Virus record (IMG/VR): IMGVR_UViG_3300030099_005838 | Origin: a virus | Length of the DNA stretch: 64,000 bases | Strand: one strand, 5' to 3' | Made by a program: the position numbers and the translations under genes | The notes under the pieces: generated by a model | The model's database searches: none | The model's input: only the letters and a program-made list of their open reading frames with translations | What the model was told of the DNA's origin: nothing | Shown here: positions 20,101-30,129 of the stretch, piece by piece | Numbering within the stretch: position 1 is the first letter of the stretch | Layout: the number at the start of each line of letters is the position of its first letter

Positions 20101-23100
20101 TAAAATCAGGTTCTTTATCCACAGTACAAGGTGGTACACAGTATATAGGTAATAAAAGTTTTGAAGAACAATTGGGTTCATTATCAGCTGGACGTAATTT
20201 TGTAGGTTCGATAAATAGTTGGTCTTTTTCCGAAGGTGGTAGTACAAATATAAGTTTAACAGATAGAAATGCTTTTGCTGATGATGATAAAGCAGTAAGC
20301 GGACGTGTAACGTTAGATGTTGTAGTTCCTGCAGGTTCTAGTAATTATTCATCAACTAATACTTATGAGATTAGACAAATAGTGACAGCTTCAATCGCGG
20401 CGGGTGACACACTTTCATTTAGTTCAGTCGCTCGTTTCAGTTCATCCTTTGGTGGTAGGGGTAAAGATAGAGCTTTACAACCACAATACTTTCGATTGGA
20501 GTATAGTGGTTCAGGCACAAATGGTTTTGTACCTTTTCTTCCACATCCAAATTTTACTGCATCTAATGGGTATGGAGAATATTTTTTAGGTAGTGGACAA
20601 TATAATAGTTTCGGTGCATCAGCTGACCTACCATCGTCTGCAGAATTCATTAAAGTGGTTCTTACAGGCTCTATAAACGATGATACAGGTTTTACAATAG
20701 AAAAGCCATTGTTCATTGGGGATAAAGGAACTGTTAATTCTGATATAAGTGGAAGGAAGTTTACTAAACAGGTAGTTGGTAGTACTACAGCAGAACATCC
20801 TGAAACTGAAATAACTTTCGATAATTTTTCTTTAAGGAGTAATTCACGAAGAGTTGAGATGACTCAAGAAGGATTGTTGATTTATAATTCTGAAGATAGT
20901 TTTATCAAAATGACGGGTGCTGGGATAGAAATCAGAGGTGGTAGCGGTGTAGCAAACTTTGGAACCGCAATCAATAGAGAAGCATCAACTAATGACAGTC
21001 AGGTTGCTGGTACATTAGGTGCACCAGCATTACAGGCTTATCAATCCGATCCTGAAGATATCGGAACAACGGCCTCTGATGGTAATGTTGGTGAGTTTGC
21101 AAAAGGTAACCATGTTCATAGATTAACATTTTCAACTCTAAACTCTGTTCTTGCCGGACAAACTTTGACTGGCACAACATTTAATGGTTTATTCGGTTCT
21201 AATGCCCGAATAGCTATAAGTGGTTCTTTGGGTGCGAATGCTGATGTAATTCGAAGTTTAAATAGGGATACTATTAGTGGTTCATTGGGTGCAAATGCAG
21301 CTGTCATAAGAACACTTACCAGAACAGGCATAAGTGGTTCACTTGGTAGTAATGCGGCATTAATAAGAAGTTTAACAGCAGTAGGTATTTCAGGTTCATT
21401 ATCTGCAAATGCAATTAGAGATTTAGGTGCTGGTATATTATCAGGTTCCGCAGGTTCAATGAGTAGTTTCAATATTACTGATGGCGTCACTACACAAATA
21501 ATTGCGGATAACAACAATTTGACATTTACGGCAGGCGAGGGAATAGACGTAGCAGTAAGTGCCACAGATACAGTCACTTTTTCTGGTGAAGATGCAAGTA
21601 CAAGTAATAAAGGTATAGCATCTTTTAGTTCTGATAATTTTAGTGTATCGAGCGGTGTTGTTACGATAAAAGATACTGGTGTTTCCAATGATGAACTAGC
21701 AAATAGTTCAGTCACCATTACGGCAGGTGATGGTTTGAAAACAGGTGGTAGTGTCACGCTGGGTTCTTCGGTGACGTTAGATGTCGATGTTAGTGACTTC
21801 GCAGGCACTGGTTTGAAAGACGAAGGATCCGAAAACCTAGGTATTGATTTTTCCGACAATACATTAAGAACAAATATAACTGGTTCTTCAACAATACTGT
21901 CTTCTTCTTTAGCAGGAAGAATTACAACGAATAAAACTAAATTGGACGGAATAGAATCAGGTGCCACAGCAGATCAAACGGCATCGGAGATTAGAACGCT
22001 TGTAGAGAGTGCTACCGATTCCAATGTGTTCACAGATGATGACCATAGTAAATTAGACGGCATAGAAGCGAGTGCTACAGCTGACCAAACAGCTTCTGAA
22101 ATCAGAACTCTCGTAGAAAATGCATCTGATTCCAATGTGTTTACAGATGCAGATCATTCAAAGCTTAATGCAATAGAATCAGGTGCTACAGCTGACCAAA
22201 CAGCATCTGATATCAGAGGTTTGGGTTTCTTTGATACTTCCAACGATGGTGCTTCTAGTGGATTAGATGCTGATTTATTAGACGGACAACACGGGAGTCA
22301 TTATTTAGATTTTGGAAATTTTGTAATTGATAATGATGAAATACCGATTGCAAAACTAGCATCGGATAATGTTAATTTTGGTGGTGTTACTGTAACATTA
22401 GGTGGTTCAGATACGACACCTGCATTTGATTTATCAGATGCCACAAGCTTGCCGATAGTTGCTGGAACAACTGGAACATTAAGTGTTGCTAGAGGCGGTA
22501 CAGGTGCGACAAGCTTAAATAATTTAATCACACTAGGCACTCACACAACAGGAAATTATGTAGCTTCATTAGTCGCCGGCACTGGTATTGACTTATCAAA
22601 TAATAGCGGTGAGAGTGCAACACCAACAATTGCTGTAGATGTATCAGACTTTTTATCAAATGGTGTTAATAATAGGGTTGTGACTGCAACTAGCGCAGAT
22701 GGACTTAATGGTGAAGACGGTCTTACATTTGACGGAAATGATTTAGGTGTTACTAGAAAAATATTTCATATAGGTGACACCGATACATTTATTAACTTTA
22801 CAGAAGACGACATAAACATTCAAGCAGGTGGTGTTAATTTTATAGACATCACTCAAGACAGCACAAATGAAATAACTTTTAATGAAGAAGGTGCAGATGT
22901 AAATGTTAGAATGGAAGGTGATAGTGAATCAAATCTATTTTATCTTGATGCTGGAAATGATAGGATTGGAATTGCAACTGGCGCTCCACAAACACTACTT
23001 CATTTGGTAGGTGCTGGTGAAATGATAAGAATTGAGAATGACACCAACGCTGTTGGTAATACTTTCATTTCATTTTACGATACCAGTGCACTAAAGGGGC

Positions 23101-26100
23101 ATATAGGATTTACAGGTGGTTCGACAGATCATTTGGTTCTTTATAATAATGAAAATGCAGATGTAAGATTTTTTACTAATCAAAATCTCAGAATGACTAT
23201 TGCCGCAGGAGGAAATGTCGGCATTGGGACCACGACTCCATCTCAAAAATTGCATGTAGTGGGAAATACATTAATTGATGGTACACTAACTGCTAGAGAA
23301 TTTTTTACAGACATAGTTTCATCTTCGATACAATTTACAAGTGGTTCAACAAAGTTTGGTGATACAGCTGATGATACCCATCAGTTTACTGGTTCTATTT
23401 TTACAACAGCCGATATTGCTATTGGAACTAGCACTATTCCATCAGGTGTTACTGCACAGATACAATCTGCAGATGATACAAAACTAAGAGTAGCAACTGC
23501 AAACTCTTCTTTTTATGCTGAACTAAAAGCAAGCGTTTCAAATGATACACCACTACAAATCATCGGTAGAGCTGGTGATGTCATGATGAAACAAAGAACT
23601 GCTGATACTGAAATAGAATTTTTGACTAATAATACAACAAGAATGTATTTGGATTCAACTGGTTTAGGCATCGGGACAACAGGTCCTAATACAAAATTAG
23701 ATGTTCGTGGTGCTATAACAGTAGATGAAACTGCTGGAACAACAAACTCTGCAGTGTTAAATTTAGTCGCGGATAGGGCAAGTGCAGACCAAGATTCTGC
23801 TGAAATAAGATTAAGAAATAATAGTGCAACTTCATATACAAGACTTGTAGGTGTAAGAGGTAGTGGAGATACTCATGGTGGTTTTCAAATTAGAACAAGA
23901 AATTCAAGTGGTGAAGGTACTCGTTTAGCAATTAGTGAGGCAGGCAATATCGGCATCGGCACCACGAGTCCTGATACTCTACTACATCTAAAATCAACTT
24001 CTGCAAGTAAACCGATATTAACAATTGAGAATGAACAAGGTGGAAGTAATCCAACAGCTCTTAGGTTCAAACGAGTCACCAGTAGTCCTGCTGATGCTGA
24101 TAATATAGGACAGATAGAGTTTAGAATCAATAATGACAATGATGAGGATATATTATATTCTCATATACAAGCCATAGCAACCGATGTATCCGATAGTACT
24201 GAAGATGGTAAATTAGATTTCTTTACGATGAAAGCTGGTACTTCAACGAGAACATTAACTATGGAATCTGGTCAAGTTAGTGTTACTGACCATTTCTCAA
24301 TTGCAGCAACTAAAGCAATATTTTTAGATGGTGGTAGTAATACTTTTATAAGAGAGTCAAGTTCTGATAATATAGAATTTGCTACCAATAATACTGTACG
24401 ATTAAATATTGGAAATTCAACCTCCGCATTTAGAAACAATGTTACATTATTAGATACAACAAATATAGGAACTTCAACATTCATATCAGGTATAACTGGT
24501 GATGGTTTTAGAATAGAAGATAATGGTAGTGATGGAACTCTATTAGAAATTGATAATATTGTTGTTAGAAATACATTGAGAACACATATCTTTCAGAAAG
24601 ATGTCGTTAAGGCAACTAACGGTATATTATTTATTTCAGATAGTGGTGTTATATCAGGCTCGACTGGTACAACAGGTACGGGTACAGTAACATTTGAGGA
24701 TGATAAGTCTGCTACATTTAGTGATGACGAAATACTATTGTTCAAAGATGCACAAGATAACGGAACAATAAATGCAGTAAGATTTCAAATCAACGGAAGT
24801 CCAATAACAGGTGGTTCAGTTCAGAGTGGTTTTACAAAATATAATGTTGATAATGTTGCCGGTAATCTAAGTAATCTTAACGTTGGTGGAACTGCAGCAA
24901 GAATTAGTGGTGGTACGGTTGCAATTGATGCATCATCACCTAACAGTCCCTTCGTTGATGTCAATTCTTCAAGTGGTTCAGCAGTTGTTCGTATGGGTAA
25001 TCTTGCAGGTATCACATCTCCAAGATTTGGGACATTATCAAATCAGTTTGGATTATGGGCATCAGGCTCTGCTTATCTTGAGGGTGCGATAAATGCAAAA
25101 ACTGGTAACATAGGTACTTGGGGAATAGGTGCTACTGCAATCAGTAGTTCAGGTAATAGTGTTACCATCGATGCATCGGCAAAAAGAATTACAATAAATG
25201 ACGGAAGTAATGATAGAGTTTATTTAGGTGAGACAGCCGGCAGTTCAACATTTGGTTTAAAAATATTCGATGGTACAGGTACCTCTACGGGTGATGTACT
25301 TGTAGACTTAGGTGCAGCTACAAACAGAATCGCTGGATGGGAAGTCATACCAGGAAAATTTCAATTCGATGATGCTAATGGTTCAATAGCATTAGATGCA
25401 ACAAACAAACAGGTCGCTATTTATACCGGTTCAATCGATACAGACAAACCAAAAGTTGTTATGGGTAATCTCCCAACAACAGGTGGTGCAAGATATGGGT
25501 TTGCAGTATTTAGTGGTTCGGCAAATGCGGACATAAATAATGACGATACATTTTCAGTATTAATTACTAAGGATAAGGCCAGGTTAGCGGGTTGGGATTT
25601 AGTACCTGGTGCATTAAGAAGTGGAACTGTTGCTGACATAAATGGTAATCAGGCAAAAATTGCATTAGGTGTAAATGCAAATCAGACACATACCACACCA
25701 CAAGCAAATCTGTTCTATGTAAGTGCTTCTGCTACTCCAACATTTTTTGTAGGTGAAAACTTTTCATTTATTAATAATACTCTAACAGCAGCAGGTTGGG
25801 AAATAGCAAGCACAAGTATCAAGAAAGGTACTGATGTTGTAATAGATTCAAGTGCAAAATCTATAACACTTGGAAATGGTGCTGTTGCAATAGAACATAA
25901 TAGTGGTACTCCAATTATAAGAAGTGCAACAAATTTTACTAGTGGGGATGGATTTTTCTTATCATCGGCTTCAACAAATAACTTTAGAGTTGGAGATGCT
26001 GGTGCAGCAAGATTACAGTTTACTGGTGATAATGTAGAGATTTATAATGCTTCGGATCAAAAATTAGTTTCATTAGGATCATCAAATCAAATTGCTGGCT

Positions 26101-29100
26101 GGACAGTCTCAACAACTTCGTTTTCTAAAAATTCTGTCGCATTAATATCTACAACAAATGCAGAAGGACTGTATGTCAAAAAGTCAAGCTTCGGAGATGC
26201 TACTGCTGGTGGCTTCTTAGGATTAGATGGAGGTGTCGCCAAATTTAGTGTAGGTGATGGTTCTAAATTTATAAAATTTGACGGTAGTGATTTTACGGTA
26301 GATGCCGGTAATTTTTCAATAGACTCAAGTGGTAATGTGACTGCTGGTGGTTCTAGTCACAAGTTCGGTGGTACAATCACTGCAAACGTAATAAATGCAA
26401 CAGGTTCAGGTGTGATTGGTGGATTTGAATTATCCTCAGATGAAATCAGACATAGTGGAAATGCACTTAGATTAAAATCAAGTGGGCAGATTACGGGTTC
26501 AAAAGTTCTTTTTCAAGGTGGTAAGATAGGTGGTACTACATTAGCTACGGGGTCAATGTTTAGTGGTACAGGCACACATGGTAATGGTAATACACCATTC
26601 TTTATGGATAGTGGTGGAAGATTTTCACTCGGTAATAAATTAGTATGGGATGGTAGTTCACTCACAGTTTCAGGTCAGATAAATATTACAAGCGGTACGG
26701 GATTTGCTTCACCAGCATCTGTAAGTGGAAGCTTCGGAACATCAGCCGCTATTAGTGGTAGTGTAAGTACATTGAGTGGTTCTGTTGCAACAGATGTCGC
26801 AGGTTTAACAGAAGCATCAGGAAATATGTCTACTCAGGTGTCGTTGACATCAGATGGAATGTCATTGAATGCGGCTAATGGTACAAGTCTTGCATCATAT
26901 GGTACTACAACAAGAATTGGTTTAGCTGCAGATGCTAGAACTGAAATTTCCTCTACTGCAATATCTATGTACTCAGGTAAGATATCTGGTACAGCTTACA
27001 AAAGAGTGGCTATAGATAATACGGGTAAAGTTGCTGTTGGTGGAGCTAATAATGCTGATGTATCCGTAAGTAGTGATAATGATGTTATTAGAATAGATCC
27101 TGGTACAGGTATTACAATTTTTGATAATAGTACTGATTTTGTTAGTATTACTTCTACTGGTATGAAAATACATAGTGGAAATGCAACAAACAGAAGTGCA
27201 GAGTTCGGTAGTGAGATTTCTCTCTATGGTGGTTCAACTTTTACTACAAGAACATTACACATAACAAACGATGGTATAAATATTGGAAAGGGTGCTACGG
27301 GTCCTCAGTCACCCAATACTCCAAATCCCGTAATAGGTAACATAAGTTTACATGGAGCCGGTGCTAGGATATATGGTGCTGCTGTAGATGATTATGTGGA
27401 TGTAAAATCAGATGGTGTCGATGTTGTTGCAGCTGGTGTAACACAAGCCGCTTTTGGTGCTACAACCACTATTGGTACTTCAACAGATAAGGTAACATTG
27501 AGTAGTTCTGGAATTACTATCAGAGAAAATGATATCGATACAATTGCCCTTTCAGGTGGTTCTGTCGTTGTTGGTGAGGTTGGTAATAGTAAATCCAATG
27601 TACAGATAACAAGTGGTGCGGTAAACCTTAGAAGTAACGTAACTAATAAAATGACATTGGCTGCAGACGGTAGTATTACAATTGGTAGTGATTTTTCGGT
27701 AGCATCCAATGGTAATGTCACACTAAGTGGTAACATTACTGCAGCTTCAGGAAACATAGCAGGTTTCACAATATTAGCAGCTAGGTTACACACAGGCACC
27801 AAGAGTACATTGACTAGTGTATCTCAGGGAGTTTACGTTGGGACTGATGGTATATCAATCACAGATACCGGTGGGGATGTGAGATTCGATCCTGATGGTG
27901 ATAACAATGACAATCCAGAGATAAGCATTGGTAGGGATAAAGGCTTCCTACCTGGTATAAGTGCTGGAGGAGGATTCAAAAAAATATTCTCTGCATCTGC
28001 AACAGGAAGTTTCTTCAATCCTACTACTGATTACACCACTAATCAAGATAAGAAAGTGGTGAATTTTAGTTTAGGTAGTGGTACAGCCACATTGGATTGT
28101 ACAATAGGACAAAAGGTATTTATAACCTCAAACGGATGGGGGACAAGTATAGCAGATAATCGTCTATTAGATCAAGGACAAGCAGGAACTGCATACACGT
28201 TCATAATAAGTAATGCAGATTTTACCACCAACCAAGGTACTGCAACTCTTTCTACGGCATTAACATCTGTTAGAATTGCGATAAGGGTTTTTCATAGTGA
28301 TACGAATGTTGTAAATGACGCAGTCTTATCTGAAGAATTAGGTACATTTCCATTAGCCTCTTCGGTTGCCGCACATGGTACTTCGATGAACATCGTGAAT
28401 GATTACAAACACTCTTCTACAGTATCAAAACGTTTCTTTTATTATGAATTTGAAGTTGTTGCTGTGAGTGCTTTAACGCAGGGTGCGGATATTGTTTGGG
28501 GACAAAAACTAGATGGTACTGGTTCTCCATTGATAGGTAATTTATCATTAGCCGGAACTGTATTTACAGGAAAGACTAGAATCACAGGCGTGGGCTTTCA
28601 AACCTATGCTGGTCCTCATCGTAGTCTCAAGTTCGGTGCAGAAAACGAAATCATCGGTAATTTAAATATAGAAAGGAATAGTTTCGGTGATGCCGGTGTA
28701 TTTAAGGTTGGGGGAATCGCAGTATTCGGTGATACATCAGCTAATGCCACAAAACCCAGAATTCCTAATCGGACCGGTCATGATCCTGATAGTAGTGTGA
28801 CTGGTCAAGGTGCAGTAGCAATTATGAGTTCCGGTAGTATTGATATTAAGGCACAAGAACAAAAGTGGTCATTAAGAACCGATGGTGGTTTTGCATTATC
28901 AGCAGGTACAACATCAGGAAATGCCTCAGTTAAAAACTTTGAGATTAGAAGATATACCAACGATAGAAGTACTGCACAAGTTAATGCGATAAAACTAGGT
29001 GATAGCACGGGTGGAATAGAGGCCGAAGGTGAAACTCATGCACATGCATTACAAATAGTGGGTAGTATATCCGACCCAAGTATGGTTATTACTATGGGTG

Positions 29101-29711
29101 ATTGTCAGGGTGATGGTAATGAAAACAGAATAGTGTTAGACGATGGAGCTAATACCTTTTTATTTAGTGGATTCAGTCAGGGTGTTACTATTTCGAATGA
29201 TTTATTCGTAAATGATTTTGCTAGAATAGATGCACTAAGAGTTGGAACAACTTCCACAGATCCTGGTGATGGAAACCTTCATGTCGAAGGGAATATTACT
29301 GTTGGTGGAGATGTGATAAGTGCCGGACAGAGAGGATACTTCGATGGTGGTGAAACAAGTACATTCACATCCGCTAGATACTTAGACTTCAACAACGGGA
29401 CTCAAATGGAGGATAATATAGGATACAGAATGCACAGGCCAGGTAGTATCACAGGTGTTTCATGTCAGTTCAAATGTACATCTAATAATGGTGGAAATGT
29501 TGATATAAATGTTCGTAAGAACGGTGCTACAGTATTTTCAAAAGACGGTATTTCCGTATCTTCAACAGGAAATTTTGGTGGTTCAGCAACTCAAGCAGTT
29601 GATGTTGATACTTTCGTAGCTGGTGATGTTTTAACATTATTCGTTGAGATAAATGGTAGTCTAACACTTGACAATTTTAATGCATTTATGGAAGTTACCT
29701 TTGATACATAA
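17103..29711 (+). CDS. Giant virion fibre/baseplate-attached protein (4202 aa)
   Basis: G/S/T-rich. Contains about ten Gx(I/L)(G/A)G(F/W) repeats, KLDGIExGATADQT repeats, NVGIGTTxP fibre motifs and a jelly-roll-like segment starting IGNKSFE. Confidence 0.7.
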   Translation: MSIVKKFNQLKNLNQLDMLVDDFNESRHFVITDLPESLPQGRSSFLIETGPFLKEGIELQIDFVDSEGNSIYHEPIDDYLEGTSRRISVEVYSDTGPGVANLIIVGELDSVPTSQGSFSDVEEVPEDWRGIYNVRLTKEIIINPTEINTEPIRFYTQPKISVSEKRFGTLVRTETSASISASFNSIEGLPDQNFEFTVFETEEPKQGSLSEVSDKRTKPKNKTDSIFKLGNQFKNKKGKRKSSIFKRIGHIARSRSPIEYPYSFRITNSDEFTTKDIGARVILKTINSSAYNREQFDTSNIPFPPTLNNYTGSIAELRNNKIALLEKPFTNKNANDQDVIIPFFGTVELVKQAEPTSSYSTANIISYADVVLSDMRTFSGDVFKAKIMVRSEGSFDDFKTLAEIPVESSELMIDPLSVGLSEHTGYYENQQNINTYWNTTGGTSTFSNSPLLDGVYVSGSVATFENQIKFSLKDAYKFSLTKNIDFTLSFNAYTERGNDTRSLLAVYISGSSFSHNSDIFVDSATNKVLVDDNTYGYRLGTIEVDDQTEKDLGLVVQNFTPQNTGDAVVQFRVIEGSWYFSDISVKPSEDTGFSPSTFTFQKEMPLEFQHKRPDTFEFLVEFYDANDNIADSLAFNTGSLFTGGNVVISGNDNIQSGDMFLGGDSTGSGIHFGGVDSVLPETGQDGAEGSGFIRSIGYQGFVSASNSSLGGKFGFMIYSGSVLPSSGDNYAGVGLELVGASGSLKFRTNPSIFEVVADAFFVGSTSTQFISGSSGAIEISSSNFHLTPQGNVTMSGIITAEGGNIGDFRIIGGQISGSNMTFNAPRSQLFKTDQGPGSDTVAQFDEKRDEYYIDFTPSGSGDADGTNYYIKMGPSFMVDKDGILIASGAEFVGTITASAGLIGGFTTDSHSFSSNNIFISGSPLQGSVDDSKHMFISTSNFNVKQSGDITGSKVLFTGGKLGGFNINNTSIRDVNNTVELSSALPGLKIKDNGGTDRVLVKSGSLSTVQGGTQYIGNKSFEEQLGSLSAGRNFVGSINSWSFSEGGSTNISLTDRNAFADDDKAVSGRVTLDVVVPAGSSNYSSTNTYEIRQIVTASIAAGDTLSFSSVARFSSSFGGRGKDRALQPQYFRLEYSGSGTNGFVPFLPHPNFTASNGYGEYFLGSGQYNSFGASADLPSSAEFIKVVLTGSINDDTGFTIEKPLFIGDKGTVNSDISGRKFTKQVVGSTTAEHPETEITFDNFSLRSNSRRVEMTQEGLLIYNSEDSFIKMTGAGIEIRGGSGVANFGTAINREASTNDSQVAGTLGAPALQAYQSDPEDIGTTASDGNVGEFAKGNHVHRLTFSTLNSVLAGQTLTGTTFNGLFGSNARIAISGSLGANADVIRSLNRDTISGSLGANAAVIRTLTRTGISGSLGSNAALIRSLTAVGISGSLSANAIRDLGAGILSGSAGSMSSFNITDGVTTQIIADNNNLTFTAGEGIDVAVSATDTVTFSGEDASTSNKGIASFSSDNFSVSSGVVTIKDTGVSNDELANSSVTITAGDGLKTGGSVTLGSSVTLDVDVSDFAGTGLKDEGSENLGIDFSDNTLRTNITGSSTILSSSLAGRITTNKTKLDGIESGATADQTASEIRTLVESATDSNVFTDDDHSKLDGIEASATADQTASEIRTLVENASDSNVFTDADHSKLNAIESGATADQTASDIRGLGFFDTSNDGASSGLDADLLDGQHGSHYLDFGNFVIDNDEIPIAKLASDNVNFGGVTVTLGGSDTTPAFDLSDATSLPIVAGTTGTLSVARGGTGATSLNNLITLGTHTTGNYVASLVAGTGIDLSNNSGESATPTIAVDVSDFLSNGVNNRVVTATSADGLNGEDGLTFDGNDLGVTRKIFHIGDTDTFINFTEDDINIQAGGVNFIDITQDSTNEITFNEEGADVNVRMEGDSESNLFYLDAGNDRIGIATGAPQTLLHLVGAGEMIRIENDTNAVGNTFISFYDTSALKGHIGFTGGSTDHLVLYNNENADVRFFTNQNLRMTIAAGGNVGIGTTTPSQKLHVVGNTLIDGTLTAREFFTDIVSSSIQFTSGSTKFGDTADDTHQFTGSIFTTADIAIGTSTIPSGVTAQIQSADDTKLRVATANSSFYAELKASVSNDTPLQIIGRAGDVMMKQRTADTEIEFLTNNTTRMYLDSTGLGIGTTGPNTKLDVRGAITVDETAGTTNSAVLNLVADRASADQDSAEIRLRNNSATSYTRLVGVRGSGDTHGGFQIRTRNSSGEGTRLAISEAGNIGIGTTSPDTLLHLKSTSASKPILTIENEQGGSNPTALRFKRVTSSPADADNIGQIEFRINNDNDEDILYSHIQAIATDVSDSTEDGKLDFFTMKAGTSTRTLTMESGQVSVTDHFSIAATKAIFLDGGSNTFIRESSSDNIEFATNNTVRLNIGNSTSAFRNNVTLLDTTNIGTSTFISGITGDGFRIEDNGSDGTLLEIDNIVVRNTLRTHIFQKDVVKATNGILFISDSGVISGSTGTTGTGTVTFEDDKSATFSDDEILLFKDAQDNGTINAVRFQINGSPITGGSVQSGFTKYNVDNVAGNLSNLNVGGTAARISGGTVAIDASSPNSPFVDVNSSSGSAVVRMGNLAGITSPRFGTLSNQFGLWASGSAYLEGAINAKTGNIGTWGIGATAISSSGNSVTIDASAKRITINDGSNDRVYLGETAGSSTFGLKIFDGTGTSTGDVLVDLGAATNRIAGWEVIPGKFQFDDANGSIALDATNKQVAIYTGSIDTDKPKVVMGNLPTTGGARYGFAVFSGSANADINNDDTFSVLITKDKARLAGWDLVPGALRSGTVADINGNQAKIALGVNANQTHTTPQANLFYVSASATPTFFVGENFSFINNTLTAAGWEIASTSIKKGTDVVIDSSAKSITLGNGAVAIEHNSGTPIIRSATNFTSGDGFFLSSASTNNFRVGDAGAARLQFTGDNVEIYNASDQKLVSLGSSNQIAGWTVSTTSFSKNSVALISTTNAEGLYVKKSSFGDATAGGFLGLDGGVAKFSVGDGSKFIKFDGSDFTVDAGNFSIDSSGNVTAGGSSHKFGGTITANVINATGSGVIGGFELSSDEIRHSGNALRLKSSGQITGSKVLFQGGKIGGTTLATGSMFSGTGTHGNGNTPFFMDSGGRFSLGNKLVWDGSSLTVSGQINITSGTGFASPASVSGSFGTSAAISGSVSTLSGSVATDVAGLTEASGNMSTQVSLTSDGMSLNAANGTSLASYGTTTRIGLAADARTEISSTAISMYSGKISGTAYKRVAIDNTGKVAVGGANNADVSVSSDNDVIRIDPGTGITIFDNSTDFVSITSTGMKIHSGNATNRSAEFGSEISLYGGSTFTTRTLHITNDGINIGKGATGPQSPNTPNPVIGNISLHGAGARIYGAAVDDYVDVKSDGVDVVAAGVTQAAFGATTTIGTSTDKVTLSSSGITIRENDIDTIALSGGSVVVGEVGNSKSNVQITSGAVNLRSNVTNKMTLAADGSITIGSDFSVASNGNVTLSGNITAASGNIAGFTILAARLHTGTKSTLTSVSQGVYVGTDGISITDTGGDVRFDPDGDNNDNPEISIGRDKGFLPGISAGGGFKKIFSASATGSFFNPTTDYTTNQDKKVVNFSLGSGTATLDCTIGQKVFITSNGWGTSIADNRLLDQGQAGTAYTFIISNADFTTNQGTATLSTALTSVRIAIRVFHSDTNVVNDAVLSEELGTFPLASSVAAHGTSMNIVNDYKHSSTVSKRFFYYEFEVVAVSALTQGADIVWGQKLDGTGSPLIGNLSLAGTVFTGKTRITGVGFQTYAGPHRSLKFGAENEIIGNLNIERNSFGDAGVFKVGGIAVFGDTSANATKPRIPNRTGHDPDSSVTGQGAVAIMSSGSIDIKAQEQKWSLRTDGGFALSAGTTSGNASVKNFEIRRYTNDRSTAQVNAIKLGDSTGGIEAEGETHAHALQIVGSISDPSMVITMGDCQGDGNENRIVLDDGANTFLFSGFSQGVTISNDLFVNDFARIDALRVGTTSTDPGDGNLHVEGNITVGGDVISAGQRGYFDGGETSTFTSARYLDFNNGTQMEDNIGYRMHRPGSITGVSCQFKCTSNNGGNVDINVRKNGATVFSKDGISVSSTGNFGGSATQAVDVDTFVAGDVLTLFVEINGSLTLDNFNAFMEVTFDT
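21216..21443 (+). repeat. Four in-frame 57-nt (19-aa) tandem repeats ISGSLG(A/S)NAxxIRxLxxxx
   Basis: Unit starts at 21216, 21273, 21330 and 21387. Confidence 0.85.
21939..22220 (+). repeat. About 2.5 in-frame 111-nt (37-aa) tandem repeats KLDGIExxATADQTASEIRTLVExAxDSNVFTDxDHS
   Basis: Unit starts at 21939, 22050 and 22161. Confidence 0.85.
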
Positions 29712-29750
29712 ATGTATCGTTAACAATTAAATTAATACTATGGGGGAAAA

Positions 29751-30080
29751 ATGAAATTCGAAATAGATGGTATAAGATTCAAAACATCAGGTTCAGTAGA
29801 AGGCTTTAGTGATAATGTTGCAAAACAGATATCCTACAGTATTTGTGAATCAGGCTCAGCCGGTTTTGAAAGAAGAGGCTTCATCTTAGATTTAGATGCA
29901 CCAAACACCGCATCATTTATAGGATGGAATGACTTATCCGAACAAAATGTAATAGGTTGGGTGACGCAGAGTTTAGGTACTGAAAAGTTAGAACAAATGC
30001 AGGGTTGGTTGGACAAGGCATTAGAAAGGAAAGGAAAGCCTGTTGTAAAATATGCCGCTAAAGATGAACTACCTTTTTAG
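29751..30080 (+). CDS. Small fibre-associated protein (possible assembly chaperone)
   Basis: 109 aa directly after the fibre gene. FIGWNDLSEQNVIGWVTQSLG resembles small proteins that commonly follow phage fibre genes. Confidence 0.55.
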   Translation: MKFEIDGIRFKTSGSVEGFSDNVAKQISYSICESGSAGFERRGFILDLDAPNTASFIGWNDLSEQNVIGWVTQSLGTEKLEQMQGWLDKALERKGKPVVKYAAKDELPF

Positions 30081-30098
30081 TAAATGTTTGAGAAACTA

Positions 30099-30107
30099 AT
30101 ATTTATT
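30099..30107 (+). promoter_or_regulatory. Putative late promoter motif ATATTTATT
   Basis: Intergenic, upstream of ATG 30130. Confidence 0.5.
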
Positions 30108-30129
30108 AACATATACAATTAAGGAAACT

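Noticed and set aside
21116-21967. 283-aa minus-strand ORF and the many other antisense ORFs inside fibre genes
   Set aside because: Shadow frames of G/S/T-rich coding sequence with no independent expression signals.
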